A stretch of DNA of 60,723 nucleotides, filler included, from Basidiobolus ranarum (taxonomy: Eukaryota): assembly GCA_040143965.1 (NCBI GenBank). It is 12 parts of 12 records of this genome, joined end to end, with 100 filler letters (N's around TTAATTAATTAA, not from the genome) between each part and the next. Parts side by side here need not be neighbours in the genome. Positions count along the whole stretch, not along the records: positions 1 to 4,984 come from JASJQH010001757.1; positions 5,085 to 10,063 come from JASJQH010001758.1; positions 10,164 to 15,140 come from JASJQH010001759.1; 9 more parts are not named here. One strand, given 5' to 3'. A program made the translations under genes and the position numbers. Positions 1 to 11,472 of the stretch are shown here, piece after piece. Positions within the stretch are counted from its first letter, which is position 1, and every line of letters starts with the position of its first letter. The notes beneath the pieces were generated by a model. That model did no database searches and was not told the origin of the DNA. It was given only the letters and a program-made list of their open reading frames with translations.

Positions 1-568
1 TTGTCATTACTTGTTCGGTTTTCAACGGAGATTTCCAGACGATTTGTTAGCTAGATTTTTGTAAACGATACGCCATTCTCGGTCCAATATGCACCTAATC
101 ACTCACAAAACTTGTTAGTAAAGTATTGCCAGACCAGGTCATTGCAGACTTACCTGATTGTGGCGAGTCCGGATGCACATATTCTCGAGTAGTGCGACGG
201 GTTGTGTGAGACTTGTTGTTTTTGTCACGAAAGAACTGCGACTGGTTCTTGGAAAGATCAGTGCTACTAACCATAACCCACTGATCATTTCGAAATTTGA
301 ATCTCTCCGGAGAGAGTTGCTCAAAGTCAAGCTCTATTTTATAAAGCCCGTAAGGATCCAGGCCTGTTACCTTGAACTTGAGTGAAGGGAATAAACATCT
401 TCCCGTTTTCGTAATGATCATTTCATTACCAATTGAGTTAAATTGTTTCCACAATTCCGCGTTCTCCAGTAACAACACATCATTGTGTGTCTCCACCTTG
501 CTGGATACTACGCACGAGCTCGGTGATGGGGATACTGGGATTGCCGATTTACTAATACGATGAAGCAT
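1..568 (-). CDS. T-box domain transcription factor, 3'-partial; join(154..568, <1..94); in-frame TAG at 51-53
   Basis: Motifs LWKQFNSIGNEMIITKTGRCLFP, GLDP, YVHPDSP-SG. Intron 95-153 (GTAAGT...TACTAAC...TAG) splices to GAYWTENGVSFTKI*LTN, matching T-box G..W...VSF.KLKLTN. ATG at 568. Confidence 0.9.
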
Positions 569-2249
569 ATTAGTATGTATGAATAGTGAAAGAGTCCGAG
601 CCAAAAGAAGGCGTAGACATGAGGAGCAGGACTATATTTGAAACGAGCTTGGGGGGGGTAATGTTTGAATGGGAATTGTCCCTTTATCCATATCGGATAG
701 ACGCATTGTTCATCTGTGTGTATTTACCTATGATCTCCTGAATAGTGAAGTTTGGTATATGGAGTCAGTGAGTCGAGATTTTTCATTTGGTTAGCTTTTA
801 ATCGATTCTTCTCAAGCGCCGAGTATTCTACGGTACAACTACCGCGGGATTTTAGCTTATACAAGTTGCAATCTTATGAAGGATAATTTCAGCTGCTCAC
901 CTTGGTTCCGTTGCCTCTTTGGATATCAGATTCAGTATCTTCATCTTTCGAGCCATTAAATAGCTAGGCACCGCTTGTGCAGATATGACACTACAGTAAA
1001 GATTCCTAATTCTCCAACCACTGCCTTTTACCCTGACGGGAAGGTTCGTGTACCCACAACCAAGCTTAAAGTTTATCCAAGAGGATTAGGGAGACTCCAT
1101 GTGGATCCAATCCCTGTCTAAGGCACCAGTATCCATACTTATTTACCAATGCGACGTGTTTCGAACTCAGCATACGAGCCGTAGGATATTTACTCTTTTG
1201 GTGATGTTGAATTTTATCGGAAATCCATGAAAAGAATACAAATGGCTCATCGGTTTCCCATTTCATATACAACATTGGCAGTGACTACTTATTGTTATGA
1301 TCACGTTATATATTCAGCCAAGTGAAATGTCCGAGAACTGCCTCATTGTCACAGACATGAACATCAATCACCGCGGATCACCAATACCATCAATGGCTAA
1401 TTCCTAAAGATAGCCAGCTTTTGTCTCAGGTATGGAGTATATAGACATATCCCTTGGATGTTTCATATCCCAAATAATGTAGTTGATTTGATATCCAGTG
1501 TGGCTACCACAGCTTTCCTAACCAGGACTACATCTCTGAAGCAGAACTAGCTGCCACGAAATTCCATCGGTCAAGTGTGGCCAAGTGGAGCTCCCGGTGC
1601 ACTGAGCTCCATTTCGACAGAAGGATTGAGGTTGAAGCCCCTTCAAGGCCCATCAACTCGACAGCTGTACCAACATAGAACTGTACCCTTCCCTTGTTAA
1701 TCACTAGAACAAATGACGATGCCAAAAATCATGATGACAACGCTCATTAGAAAGCTTCTTCAATTACCCTAAGAACAGCCCAGCCTATGAGGAGATCAGA
1801 CTGTTTTCCCTATGCTACTCAGCCAATAGCTTAATTTTGCCTGTGTTAAATGCACATTCAAACAGTACGCAAGCAGGATAGCCGTATCACGTATCACGTA
1901 TCAGCAAGTATCCAGGTAGATATCTTCAGCTAACAACGGAATAGGCGGTTGAGTCCAAATGGCTGGTAGACCTAGTAATGAGATGACATCGGCGATATCT
2001 GATGAATTGACATGTGCTGGCGATACCGTGTAATTGTCTGCAATAGGCTATAATGTCACATTGATAAAGCAGAGGATTGGATGTAGCTGTGTAGGGAGTT
2101 GGCACTTTAAACATAAATATCCGGTTGGCGCTATGAGAGTTAAATTTCCAACCAGAATGTCTTACCAGTGTAAAGACATATTTCCATAACTTCATGATGC
2201 TGAACTGGCTCCATTTAACAGGGTATGTATATATGATATTGGATATACT

Positions 2250-2858
2250 AGTCTAAAAAGATATGTCCAAAATTCTAACTTTCCAGCCTCTTCAGGGCTT
2301 AGTTTCAGTTGGTGTTAATATGTGCTGTGTCACAATACTCGATGGCCTTGTAGAGTCAGTGATATTGGCTATGTTGCAATCTGCCAACCAAAGATTGTAA
2401 ACATCTTGTTAGAGTAGCTCAGGTCCAAGCTTATTTTTGAATTTGAAAGCATTCATTTGTTTTTCAAATATCAATATCTCTACATTGACTGCAACTGAAT
2501 CTTTGTCCCATAGCCCGCTCAATAACCAAATAATAATTATTGATGTTAAGATAGTGAGTGTACCACCCCTAATAATACTAGATACATTTGTATTCAGCAG
2601 TCTCAGTGGATTAGCTTTGAGCCCATATTTGTTAACTTGTATTTTTACCATATTGATGTAGCAAACTTGTGGCTATTCAACTAGCAATATTCTCTAAAGC
2701 AGGCCTTCATATAGTATTTGCATATGTATTCCAGATAGCTAAGTGCTCTCTGTAGCTTTTTGATACTTGGGAACCTCAGTTTGATCCTTTTGCTTGTGAT
2801 ACAGAAATGGTAGTAGGCATGCAAATGATTTCATATATTGCATAATCTCAAACCACTT
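2250..2858 (-). pseudogene. Decayed ORF of unknown family in CpG-depleted DNA
   Basis: One minus frame runs about 200 codons (KWFEIMQYM...LSGIHMQILYEG...LGPELL*QDVYNLWLAD) with only a handful of stops; no recognisable family. Confidence 0.3.
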
Positions 2859-4044
2859 TCACTATTACACTGCAAATAAGTCAACTAACTGAAAGGGGTT
2901 AGTCAGAATTCACATGAGTCCTTTATAAAGGCTTTATTACTCACTGAAATTTCAATCAAATAAGAGATTTTCTAACTATTGATCTCAGTTTGAAGATCTA
3001 GATGCCAGCTCATATTATGTTACTGTATAGAATTACATTATATATATCCAAGTAGATCCTAGAGATATTTCCTTGAATGGACCTCCCTTTGCTTCATATA
3101 TTTGTAACTAAATAAGAAGCATAACCAGTCTCTACTAATATTGGTATTTCAGGTACCATAGAATTTAACATATGTCCAATTAACCAAATATATGTATGAT
3201 ATAGCCAAGAGACCATTAGAGCAAGAGGCAATGGGAGTAAACCAGTTATAAATCCAAAGGTTAGTGTTAATATTAGTATTGTAGAAACACCAATATAGTC
3301 ATCAATAGCTTAGTGTTTAGTTGTTTAATATGAAGCCAAGATATCACCCATTCTTCTCAATTAGAATTTACTTCAAATGTGTTTAACAACTTGTGCAAAA
3401 TTATAGAATTGCAATTCATCAAGCAGAGTTCAATACATATATTTTACCTAATTGCTTAAAAGTCAAAATGAGTGTTAGATTTTGCAATTAAAACCATAAT
3501 AAGTAATGAGCTGTTGAAAAAACATTGACTGTTTGGTGCAACTTTAGAAACTGGAGTTGTGATCAGCTTGCAAGATAACAATTTATTGGCCAGAAATAAA
3601 GTATTAAAACATTTTTCTGGAAATTCAGAAAACTAACACTGGGTTATGTTCGAAATGTCTGTTGGAGTAAAATGAGCTATTTTTGGGGCAATTTGGATGA
3701 GTTTGCAATTTCCAGTATTAAATTGCTAATTCTCAGATAATTCACATTTAAATTGCAAGTTTCAGCCAATTGATATTTGACTAAGTAATATTAACTAACT
3801 TAAGTGTGATGTATGAAGTAGTTAGATTTACAAAGATAGAGGTGATAAATATGAGGAAGACAATGAACTTCAACATAAGCTCAAGTGGTACTCATCATCC
3901 ATAGGCTTTTGACAGAGTCCATATTTGCCAACCTGCAAAGTATCCAATTCATCATCAGCCCAAATCCTCAAAGCATCTGTGAAGCCAATATCCATTGACA
4001 GTGTTGCAAAAGAGCTGAAACTAACAAAACCTATGGCTCATAAG

Positions 4045-4984
4045 CTCCCACCCAAATACTTAGCCTTTGCTGATGTCTTTGACTTGAAGAAATCCAATAT
4101 ACTCCCAGCTCACCACCCATATGATTGTCCTATAGATCTACAATAAGGAAAATAATGACCATTTGGGCTTACCTACAGGCTGACCCAGCCAGAGCTCAGC
4201 ATTATGAAAGAGTGTATTGCGGAAAATCTGGAAAAAGGATTTATCCAATATTCAAAGTCTCCTGCAGGCTCTCCAATCTTATTTGTTAAGAAAAAGGATG
4301 GATCCCTCCATCTCTGTGTAGATTATGAAGGCCTAAATAGCATTACAGTCAAAAATTGATACCCTTTGCCATTAATCACCTCACTCTTGGATCAGCTTGC
4401 TTCAGTCAAGGTATTTAAAAAGATAGATTTAAGAGGTGCTTACAATCTTGTAAGAATCAAAACAGAGGACCAATGGAAAAATGCCTTTCAAACTTGCTAT
4501 GGATACTTTGCATACAATGTCATGCCACTTGGACTTATCAAGGCCCCTGCAGTCTTTCAACACTTGATGAATGATATCTTCAGAGAGTATCTTGACCAGT
4601 TTGTGGTAATCTATCTTGACATTATCTTGGTCTTCTCAAGCTCTCAAGAAGTACATAATATTCATGTTTCCCAGGTCCTAGAAAAGTAGAAAACATCTGG
4701 TCTCTATGTTAAACTTGAGAAATGTGAATTTGACCAAGCTCAAGTCATATTCCTTGGATATAACATCAGCCCATCAGGCATCTCCATGGACCCTAAGAAG
4801 GTTCAATCTGTTCTGTCTTTGGATATTCCCAAGAATGTGAAGGATGACCAATCTTTCCTTGGATTTGCAAACTTTTACCAATGGTTTGTCAAGAACTAGT
4901 CCAAAATATCTGCACCATCAACAAACCTTACCAAGAAAGCCCTCCCATTTGACTGGAACCCATCTTACCAACAAGCATTTGTAA
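4045..4984 (+). mobile_element. Degenerate Ty3/Gypsy LTR retrotransposon reverse transcriptase fragment
   Basis: [48 protein letters not shown] (YLDD mutated), KLEKCEF, FLGFANFY; several stops; truncated by contig end. Confidence 0.92.
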
Positions 4985-5084
4985 NNNNNNNNNNNNNNNN
5001 NNNNNNNNNNNNNNNNNNNNNNNNNNNNTTAATTAATTAANNNNNNNNNNNNNNNNNNNNNNNNNNNNNNNNNNNNNNNNNNNN
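4985..5084. other. Artificial contig linker
   Basis: N44-TTAATTAATTAA-N44 (stops in all six frames). Confidence 0.99.
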
Positions 5085-5922
5085 CTACTGAGTTTCGAGA
5101 AGTCAAAGGAGCAAATCCACCCATTAAGAATTGAAGACGGGGGAAAGGAACCTTGTTGACTGCAAATTTACGAAGATCGGCATTCAACTGTCCAGGGAAA
5201 CGGAGAGAGGTTGTTGTGCCACTCATTACATTGGAAACAAGATGGTTCAAGTCGCCATAGGTAGGATTGGTGAGCTTCAAAGTACGGAAGCAGATATCAT
5301 ACAATGCCTCATTATCAATACAGAAAGTCATATCAGAATTCTCGACTAATTGATGGACAGAGAGTGTGGCATTATAAGGCTCCACAACAGTATCAGAGAC
5401 CTTGGGAGAGGGAACAACTGAGAATGTGCACATCATACGATCGGGGAATTCTTCACGAATCTTTGATATGAGGAGGGTACCGAGACCAGAACCAGTACCA
5501 CCACCGAGAGAATGGGTAATTTGGAAGCCCTGAAGACCGTCACAACCCTCTGCTTCCTTACGAACAACATCCAAAACAGAGTCAACTAGCTCAGCACCTT
5601 CTGTATAATGACCTTTGGCCCAGTTATTACCAGCACCACTCTGGCCATAAATAAAGTTATCAGGACGGAAAAGTGAACCAATATCGCGGGCGCGGATATT
5701 GTCCATAGTTCCTGGCTCTAAATCGACCAAGACTGCACGAGGGACATACTTTCCATTACCCGCTTCGTTATAGTAAACATCAATCCTTTCTAACTGGAGA
5801 TCGGAGTCACCGTGATAAGTGCCGTCTTTACCAATTCCATGCTCTGAAGAAATAGTATCCCAAAATTTGTTACCAATTTGGTTACCGCACTGACCGGTTT
5901 GAATGTGAACAATCTCTCTCAT
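5085..5922 (-). CDS. TUBB: Beta-tubulin, divergent, intronless in this part, 3'-partial
   Basis: [17 protein letters not shown] start, GGGTGSG signature, [14 protein letters not shown]; truncated at contig end. Confidence 0.98.
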
Positions 5923-7784
5923 ACTTCGAATAGAGTTTATCTAGAAATTTGCTAAAGAGTTTGTAAGAAAAGTAGAAACGCACTGCGTCAGTTGCGATTG
6001 ACGATGATGAACTAGCCAACCTTTTATTCCTCTTCAGACTGTACTCGTTATGACTTGCATATAAAATCCATTTCATTCGCTGGTTGGCTGACGCACATAC
6101 AATTGATGAAGATTTATAGTAACAGATCAGATACTTGATTTTTCAATCCAATCAGTACAATGCTCATTCTGATGACTAGCATCTTCGGTTACTCACAATG
6201 CTAGACCTCTGGGGTTTTTGGTCAAACTAACTGGATTTCAACTGGGGCTATGAACTAGCAACCCAAAATCAACCAATTAGCACAGAAATAGGGTGCTCTA
6301 GACTTTTGTTGGGTAAGAATCTATTCTGCTCACCAGCATTCTTGCGGTTCAGGCGAGAACAAAGAGTGCTGTTTGTATTGTAACGTACCTTCCGTGTCCC
6401 ACAGAATACAAGTAGAAAGAGACTATTTGACCGGTATTTATCCATTGGATCGCGCGAGCTTTAGGGGGGATGTTGCTGTTAGTTACCTAGGTAACAATCG
6501 ATTAGCCTATCTTGGGGGAAGTGCTCCACTTCTTTATGTTTCCCCTTGTTCGTAGCATGTGCATTACTCATGGCATCATTTTGCTCCGCGTGATGTTAGA
6601 TATGTATTCTATAGCTTGGGAAGTAGGTATTCGAAAATGGGGACTAATTGGGCTACACTAAGCCAATCTCATCACGTACATGGATTGTGTGTGACCTGCT
6701 AACAAGCCTAATCTACACACGGCCATATTTACAATTTCTGAAGCAGACTTCTGTGTTACTTTGTACCTTCCGCCAGTAGCTTTAGAGTGCTATAAACTCT
6801 TTTGATGACGAATCTACGAGTTAAAGAGAAGATAGTCCAAGTATTTATTTCACACAGTTTACTGCTCTCGAGCGACAAACTGTCTCCAACATATTTGACA
6901 GCCCTGCCAAGCAATACTTGGTCGAAAATATGATACAGGTAGTATTGAACTTGATCTAACAATTGATTTTGCGAATTTGAATAACGTTGTATTTGCACTC
7001 TCACTACTAATTGTATATAGCAATAATCGCTTAGAATCAACTGAAATTGTGTCAAAGATTGGGCCCGATAAAAAGGAACAGCTTCATCAGTAAAGATTTC
7101 ATGCACATTGTATGATTGCAAATCCCAACCCCACCTTAATAAAGATGTTCACCCTCCTTAACATTTAACCGATATTCTTCTATATGTAGATCCAAAATGG
7201 CCTTACTGCTGACGCAAGTAATATGGATCTTTGACTCTTCCTACCAGTTTGTTTGACCGTGACTGCTATTGGAAGACTAATAAGTATGTACTATGCAACG
7301 AGATTGAATTAGATTGCTCACGTGAAATACCAACCTTTGTCATACATCAATTCAGGAAATCTTTTACTCGGAATGGTGCCTGTGGATTACCACCAACAGC
7401 TATCTCGTGCGAATTCATAATATTGAAGTTTTCGAAAATTCTCAACGAATTAATACTTGAATATCTATATATTCATGTAACTACAAAATTCAAGTATTGT
7501 ACAGTCCATTGCTTCCATCCAATAGCACGACTGTTATGAGACTACGTAAGAATAAAACCACTTGGCTAGCATAATTCTGTGTGATAGCTTCCAGTGCTCT
7601 CTTGTCAAATAAGCTAGAACAAGCACAGCACCATTAAATATTGTATGATTACTAAGTAACATTATATCCTGTATTTCTTGCGTCGAAAGTATATATTCTT
7701 TGAGAGGTTTAATTTCACGTTGTATGGAAATGAAGTTGAAATTCAGAAGTAGCTTGTTTCAGCTTTTGTAGTTGACAGGTCATT

Positions 7785-8699
7785 TCAGCTGATATCACTT
7801 GGTATGATGTCTTTCATAGCTTTTACTGCAACGTTCATTTTCTTCTTCTCGTCTGCGTTTAATTGGATTCCGATGATGCTCTCAATACCATTCGTACCTA
7901 TAACCGCAGGTACGGATATATAACATTGATATTCCTCATCCCAGCAAGATACGGGACGAACATGATGTCGGTCGTTTAGAATACTTTCACACAGAGAGGA
8001 TACACAAGCACCGATCCCATAACACGTGGCTCCTTTAAGTTCGATAATCTCGTACGCTTTGCCTTTCACCTCTTGTGCCAGTTTTTCCAAGTCAACATCT
8101 TTCATTTGTGGAAATTCCAGTAAAGGTACTCCTCCAACTGATGCTGATGACCATGCTATAAATTGGTGGTCGCCATGCTCACCAAGAACATAACAATGTA
8201 TTGCCATGTTACTTACGCCAAGTTTCTGCGCTAGTACTGAGTGCAAGCGTCCAGAGTCTAGAAAAGTGCCTGAACCGAAGACCTGTTTGTGGGGTAAACC
8301 GGAGATTTTCTGAGTGATATGAGTCAAGATATCTACGGGATTAGTAACCAACAGAATTTTCGAGTTGGAATTGATGGGTGACATATCAGTAACAACGGTT
8401 TGTAGTATTTTATGATTATTTTCAATCAGTTGTAATCGAGTTTCCCCAGGCTTTTGGTGCGCCCCTGCTGTGATGACAATGATGTCCGCTTGTCCCGCCT
8501 CTTTATACGTTCCCACTTTAACATGAGAAGTCGAAAGAAACAGTGAATCAGCAAGATCTAAGGTTTCTCCTTTAGCGACCTTATTGTCAACATCGACCAT
8601 GAGTATAGTTGCAGATGCGTTGCGAAGGATCAAGGCGCTGGCGATGGAAGAGCCCACTGCACCGCACCCTATGATTGCAATCGTGTGACTAGTAGGCAT
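7785..8699 (-). CDS. ldh: L-lactate dehydrogenase (304 aa), intronless
   Basis: GCGAVG Rossmann motif, substrate loop QKPGETRL (Gln marks LDH rather than MDH), NPVD, LDSGR, GEHGD; ATG at 8699 downstream of a TATAAAG. Confidence 0.93.
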   Translation of the reverse strand: MPTSHTIAIIGCGAVGSSIASALILRNASATILMVDVDNKVAKGETLDLADSLFLSTSHVKVGTYKEAGQADIIVITAGAHQKPGETRLQLIENNHKILQTVVTDMSPINSNSKILLVTNPVDILTHITQKISGLPHKQVFGSGTFLDSGRLHSVLAQKLGVSNMAIHCYVLGEHGDHQFIAWSSASVGGVPLLEFPQMKDVDLEKLAQEVKGKAYEIIELKGATCYGIGACVSSLCESILNDRHHVRPVSCWDEEYQCYISVPAVIGTNGIESIIGIQLNADEKKKMNVAVKAMKDIIPSDIS

Positions 8700-9407
8700 A
8701 TTAGGTCGCTGTAAATTTATAATGATTTTTGCATCTTTGAAAGTAGCTTTATACTTAAAACACAAGATCTGATGTTAGCGTCACGACCATCCGTCAAATG
8801 GCAATGTCATACCTTTGACTCATCACTGCTATAATAAAGACCTGTTAGACCACTAAAGATGAGATTTCCAATGAATCTCAATACAAGCTGACTGATGCCA
8901 TTCATTTGACTTGATCACATACTCTCATGATGACCAGTGATGTCATCCAAGGTATTAAGCGCCGCAGTGTAAAGAGATAGACTAGATATCATCGCAGAGT
9001 CAAGCTCCAGTATGTCTGGCTCACGTTCGGGATGGAATGAAGGAATCTTACTGTGTGACGGGCTGCCTTGAAATCTACTCGACGAGTCATTCAGTCCAAG
9101 TATTCTATCTGAGATATGACGATTAAGTACACCTTCTTGTTCCACGTGGACTGAGCGATTAAATGCTTTAGGTGATCGAGACTGTTCCATGCATAAACAT
9201 ATTTTACGTTTGGGAGATTTGTGGGGAAATGCTTCTAGTTTTAGCTAAGTTATGCCTTTTTGGAAGAATTTAAGAATGATATCTAGCAGCTTATAGTACG
9301 AATAATCCCCTTTTCTCTTGACTACCTGAAGTGGTACAACATCCGGTTTTCTTTTCTACATTTGCTTTTTGAGTTACCTTAATGAGATGGCCACCGAAGG
9401 AAAAAGA

Positions 9408-9415
9408 TATAAATA
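9408..9415 (+). promoter_or_regulatory. TATA box of second LDH
   Basis: TATAAATA about 55 nt upstream of ATG 9470. Confidence 0.5.
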
Positions 9416-9469
9416 GCAAGTTCGAATCCTCAACATCATTAGTGCCAGTTTATTGATACTAGTAACAAA

Positions 9470-10063
9470 ATGCCTGCTAACAAAACTATCGCGATTATTG
9501 GATGCGGTGCAGTTGGAGCCTCTATCGCTAGCGCCTTGATCCTTCGTAATGTGTCCTCCACGGTTCTCATGGTCGATATCAACGCTAAGGTTGCCGAGGG
9601 ACAAACCTTGGATCTCACCGACTCCCTATTCCTTTCGTCTTCTAACGTCAAAGTCGGAACCTATCAAGAAGCAGGCCAAGCGGACATTATTGTAATCACA
9701 GCAGGGGCCAATCAGAAGCCTGGGGAAACACGTCTACAATTGATTGAGAAGAATTGCACCATCTTACAGAATGTTATCACCAGCATGTCGCCCATCAACC
9801 CCAATTCTAAGATTCTGTTGGTCGCCAATCCCGTAGATATCTTGGCTCATATCACTCAGAAAATCTCTGGTTTACCCCATAAACAGGTCTTCGGTTCAGG
9901 CACTTTTCTAGACTCTGGACGTTTGCGCTCGGTGTTGGCACGCAAGCTCGGTGTTAGCGATACAGCGATACACTGCTATGTTCTTGGTGAACACGGTGAT
10001 CATCAATTTGTAGCCTGGTCATCAGCATCAGTTGGTGGAGTGCCTTTGCTCGATTTCCCACAG
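9470..10063 (+). CDS. ldh: L-lactate dehydrogenase paralog, 3'-partial
   Basis: Same motifs (GCGAVG, QKPGETRL, LDSGRLR, GEHGD); transcribed divergently from copy 1; truncated by linker. Confidence 0.93.
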
Positions 10064-10163
10064 NNNNNNNNNNNNNNNNNNNNNNNNNNNNNNNNNNNNN
10101 NNNNNNNTTAATTAATTAANNNNNNNNNNNNNNNNNNNNNNNNNNNNNNNNNNNNNNNNNNNN
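10064..10163. other. Artificial contig linker
   Basis: N44-TTAATTAATTAA-N44. Confidence 0.99.
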
Positions 10164-11406
10164 TGTGCGTAAAGAAATAGTTGCCGATATACACACCTGC
10201 ACTTGAAGCTTTAACCAATAAGATGAATCTACCTAAATCTCCTCACTCACCCACCAGAGGCATTTTAACCCAATCACGCCTTAATCAAATGAGAACTGGG
10301 AACCATTATTTTAGTAAGTTCGTTGAATGGGAAGGAAGAGTGTATAGAAAAAGAATATAACGAACAGTTTGTCCAACCGAACCCGGACCATTATTTAGCA
10401 TATTTAAGAATTGTGGACCGAAATTAATTATTTTAATGAATTTGCAGATTCGTAAATTTAGGATGGGAAAGAATAAAGAGAAGGATACCTAACCCTGGCT
10501 TATCTGATGTGTGAAAGAATCACTTTCCTATTCAAGTATCAGTTGAATATATATGTAAGTTAAATATATACAATCCTAGTAGTACACAAGATCTGCTCTT
10601 GTCTAGGATATATTAGCTATGACTTGCTGCAACATTGGGATTACATACGCTGCTTGTGACGAAACATTGAATAACATAACATTAATATGACGAATTCGGC
10701 TATTGCAGATAAGCATTAGTTTTGGGGTTAGGGTTAGACATCGTGATTTTACCCTTTTCTAGAACCTAGAAGGTAATGGTAAGGGTAAGATCGAGTAATG
10801 TGGATGTGGTTCCATAATGTTAATACAAATCCTAAAAACTCAGCCATTGATAGTGAAACATATTAGACGCTTAGAAATTCCCTTTTTTTGCTTATATTTC
10901 AAACACGTACCACTAGTTTCTGGGCTCCACACGATAAGAAACCGCTGGTCTAAACATGTTGTATCGACCTAACGCTGGTATAAATCAGTTAGAGTTCCGA
11001 GATTAGTCTAGAAAGATAAAACAACTACCGAGTTTTGAAATTTCCCACTATTATTCATGATAATAAAAATTCTTTGTAAAGAAGATCCACTCAACGTGAT
11101 CCTACCTCACATTACACAACTATTGTGTGTGATGAATTCCAAGCCTATTACTTTCCGGGTGTTTGGTTTCCTAGTCAACTATCACGCGTAAACGGAGATC
11201 ATGTCCATTTTCGCAAGTCTGATTTGATGAATTGTGGGACACAATACGCATATCTCTTCTGGTTGCAACTATGGTACGTAAAGTTACTAATGATTTAGCA
11301 CGTGGTCGTAAGTTGTGAGGGTAGTAGTTGCATTGAGTATTGTAGTAACGTCGAGGTGGCGATTTAAGAATTTTCTATTATTCTCACGTCTGTCAACAAA
11401 CCTTAT

Positions 11407-11415
11407 TATATAAAG
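11407..11415 (+). promoter_or_regulatory. TATA box of GDPD gene
   Basis: TATATAAAG about 60 nt upstream of ATG 11473. Confidence 0.5.
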
Positions 11416-11472
11416 CAGTTCGTCCCTTCTTCTAAAAATCACCACTTCTTTTTATTGTTCTACGATCAAGGT

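Noticed and set aside
1883..1903. (CGTATCA)3 and similar micro-duplications near 12855, 13040 and 40430
   Set aside because: Ordinary slippage repeats with no further structure.
5085..5175. Five radical substitutions in the conserved beta-tubulin segment ([18 protein letters not shown])
   Set aside because: Each is a single-base change clustered in the last ~80 nt of the contig, typical of low-quality read ends.
6373..7539. Short ORFs between beta-tubulin and LDH
   Set aside because: Non-ATG starts, no motifs or splice-consistent model; probably intergenic.
10723..10737. TTAGGG-like telomeric motif (also near 14872)
   Set aside because: Only about two internal units; expected by chance.
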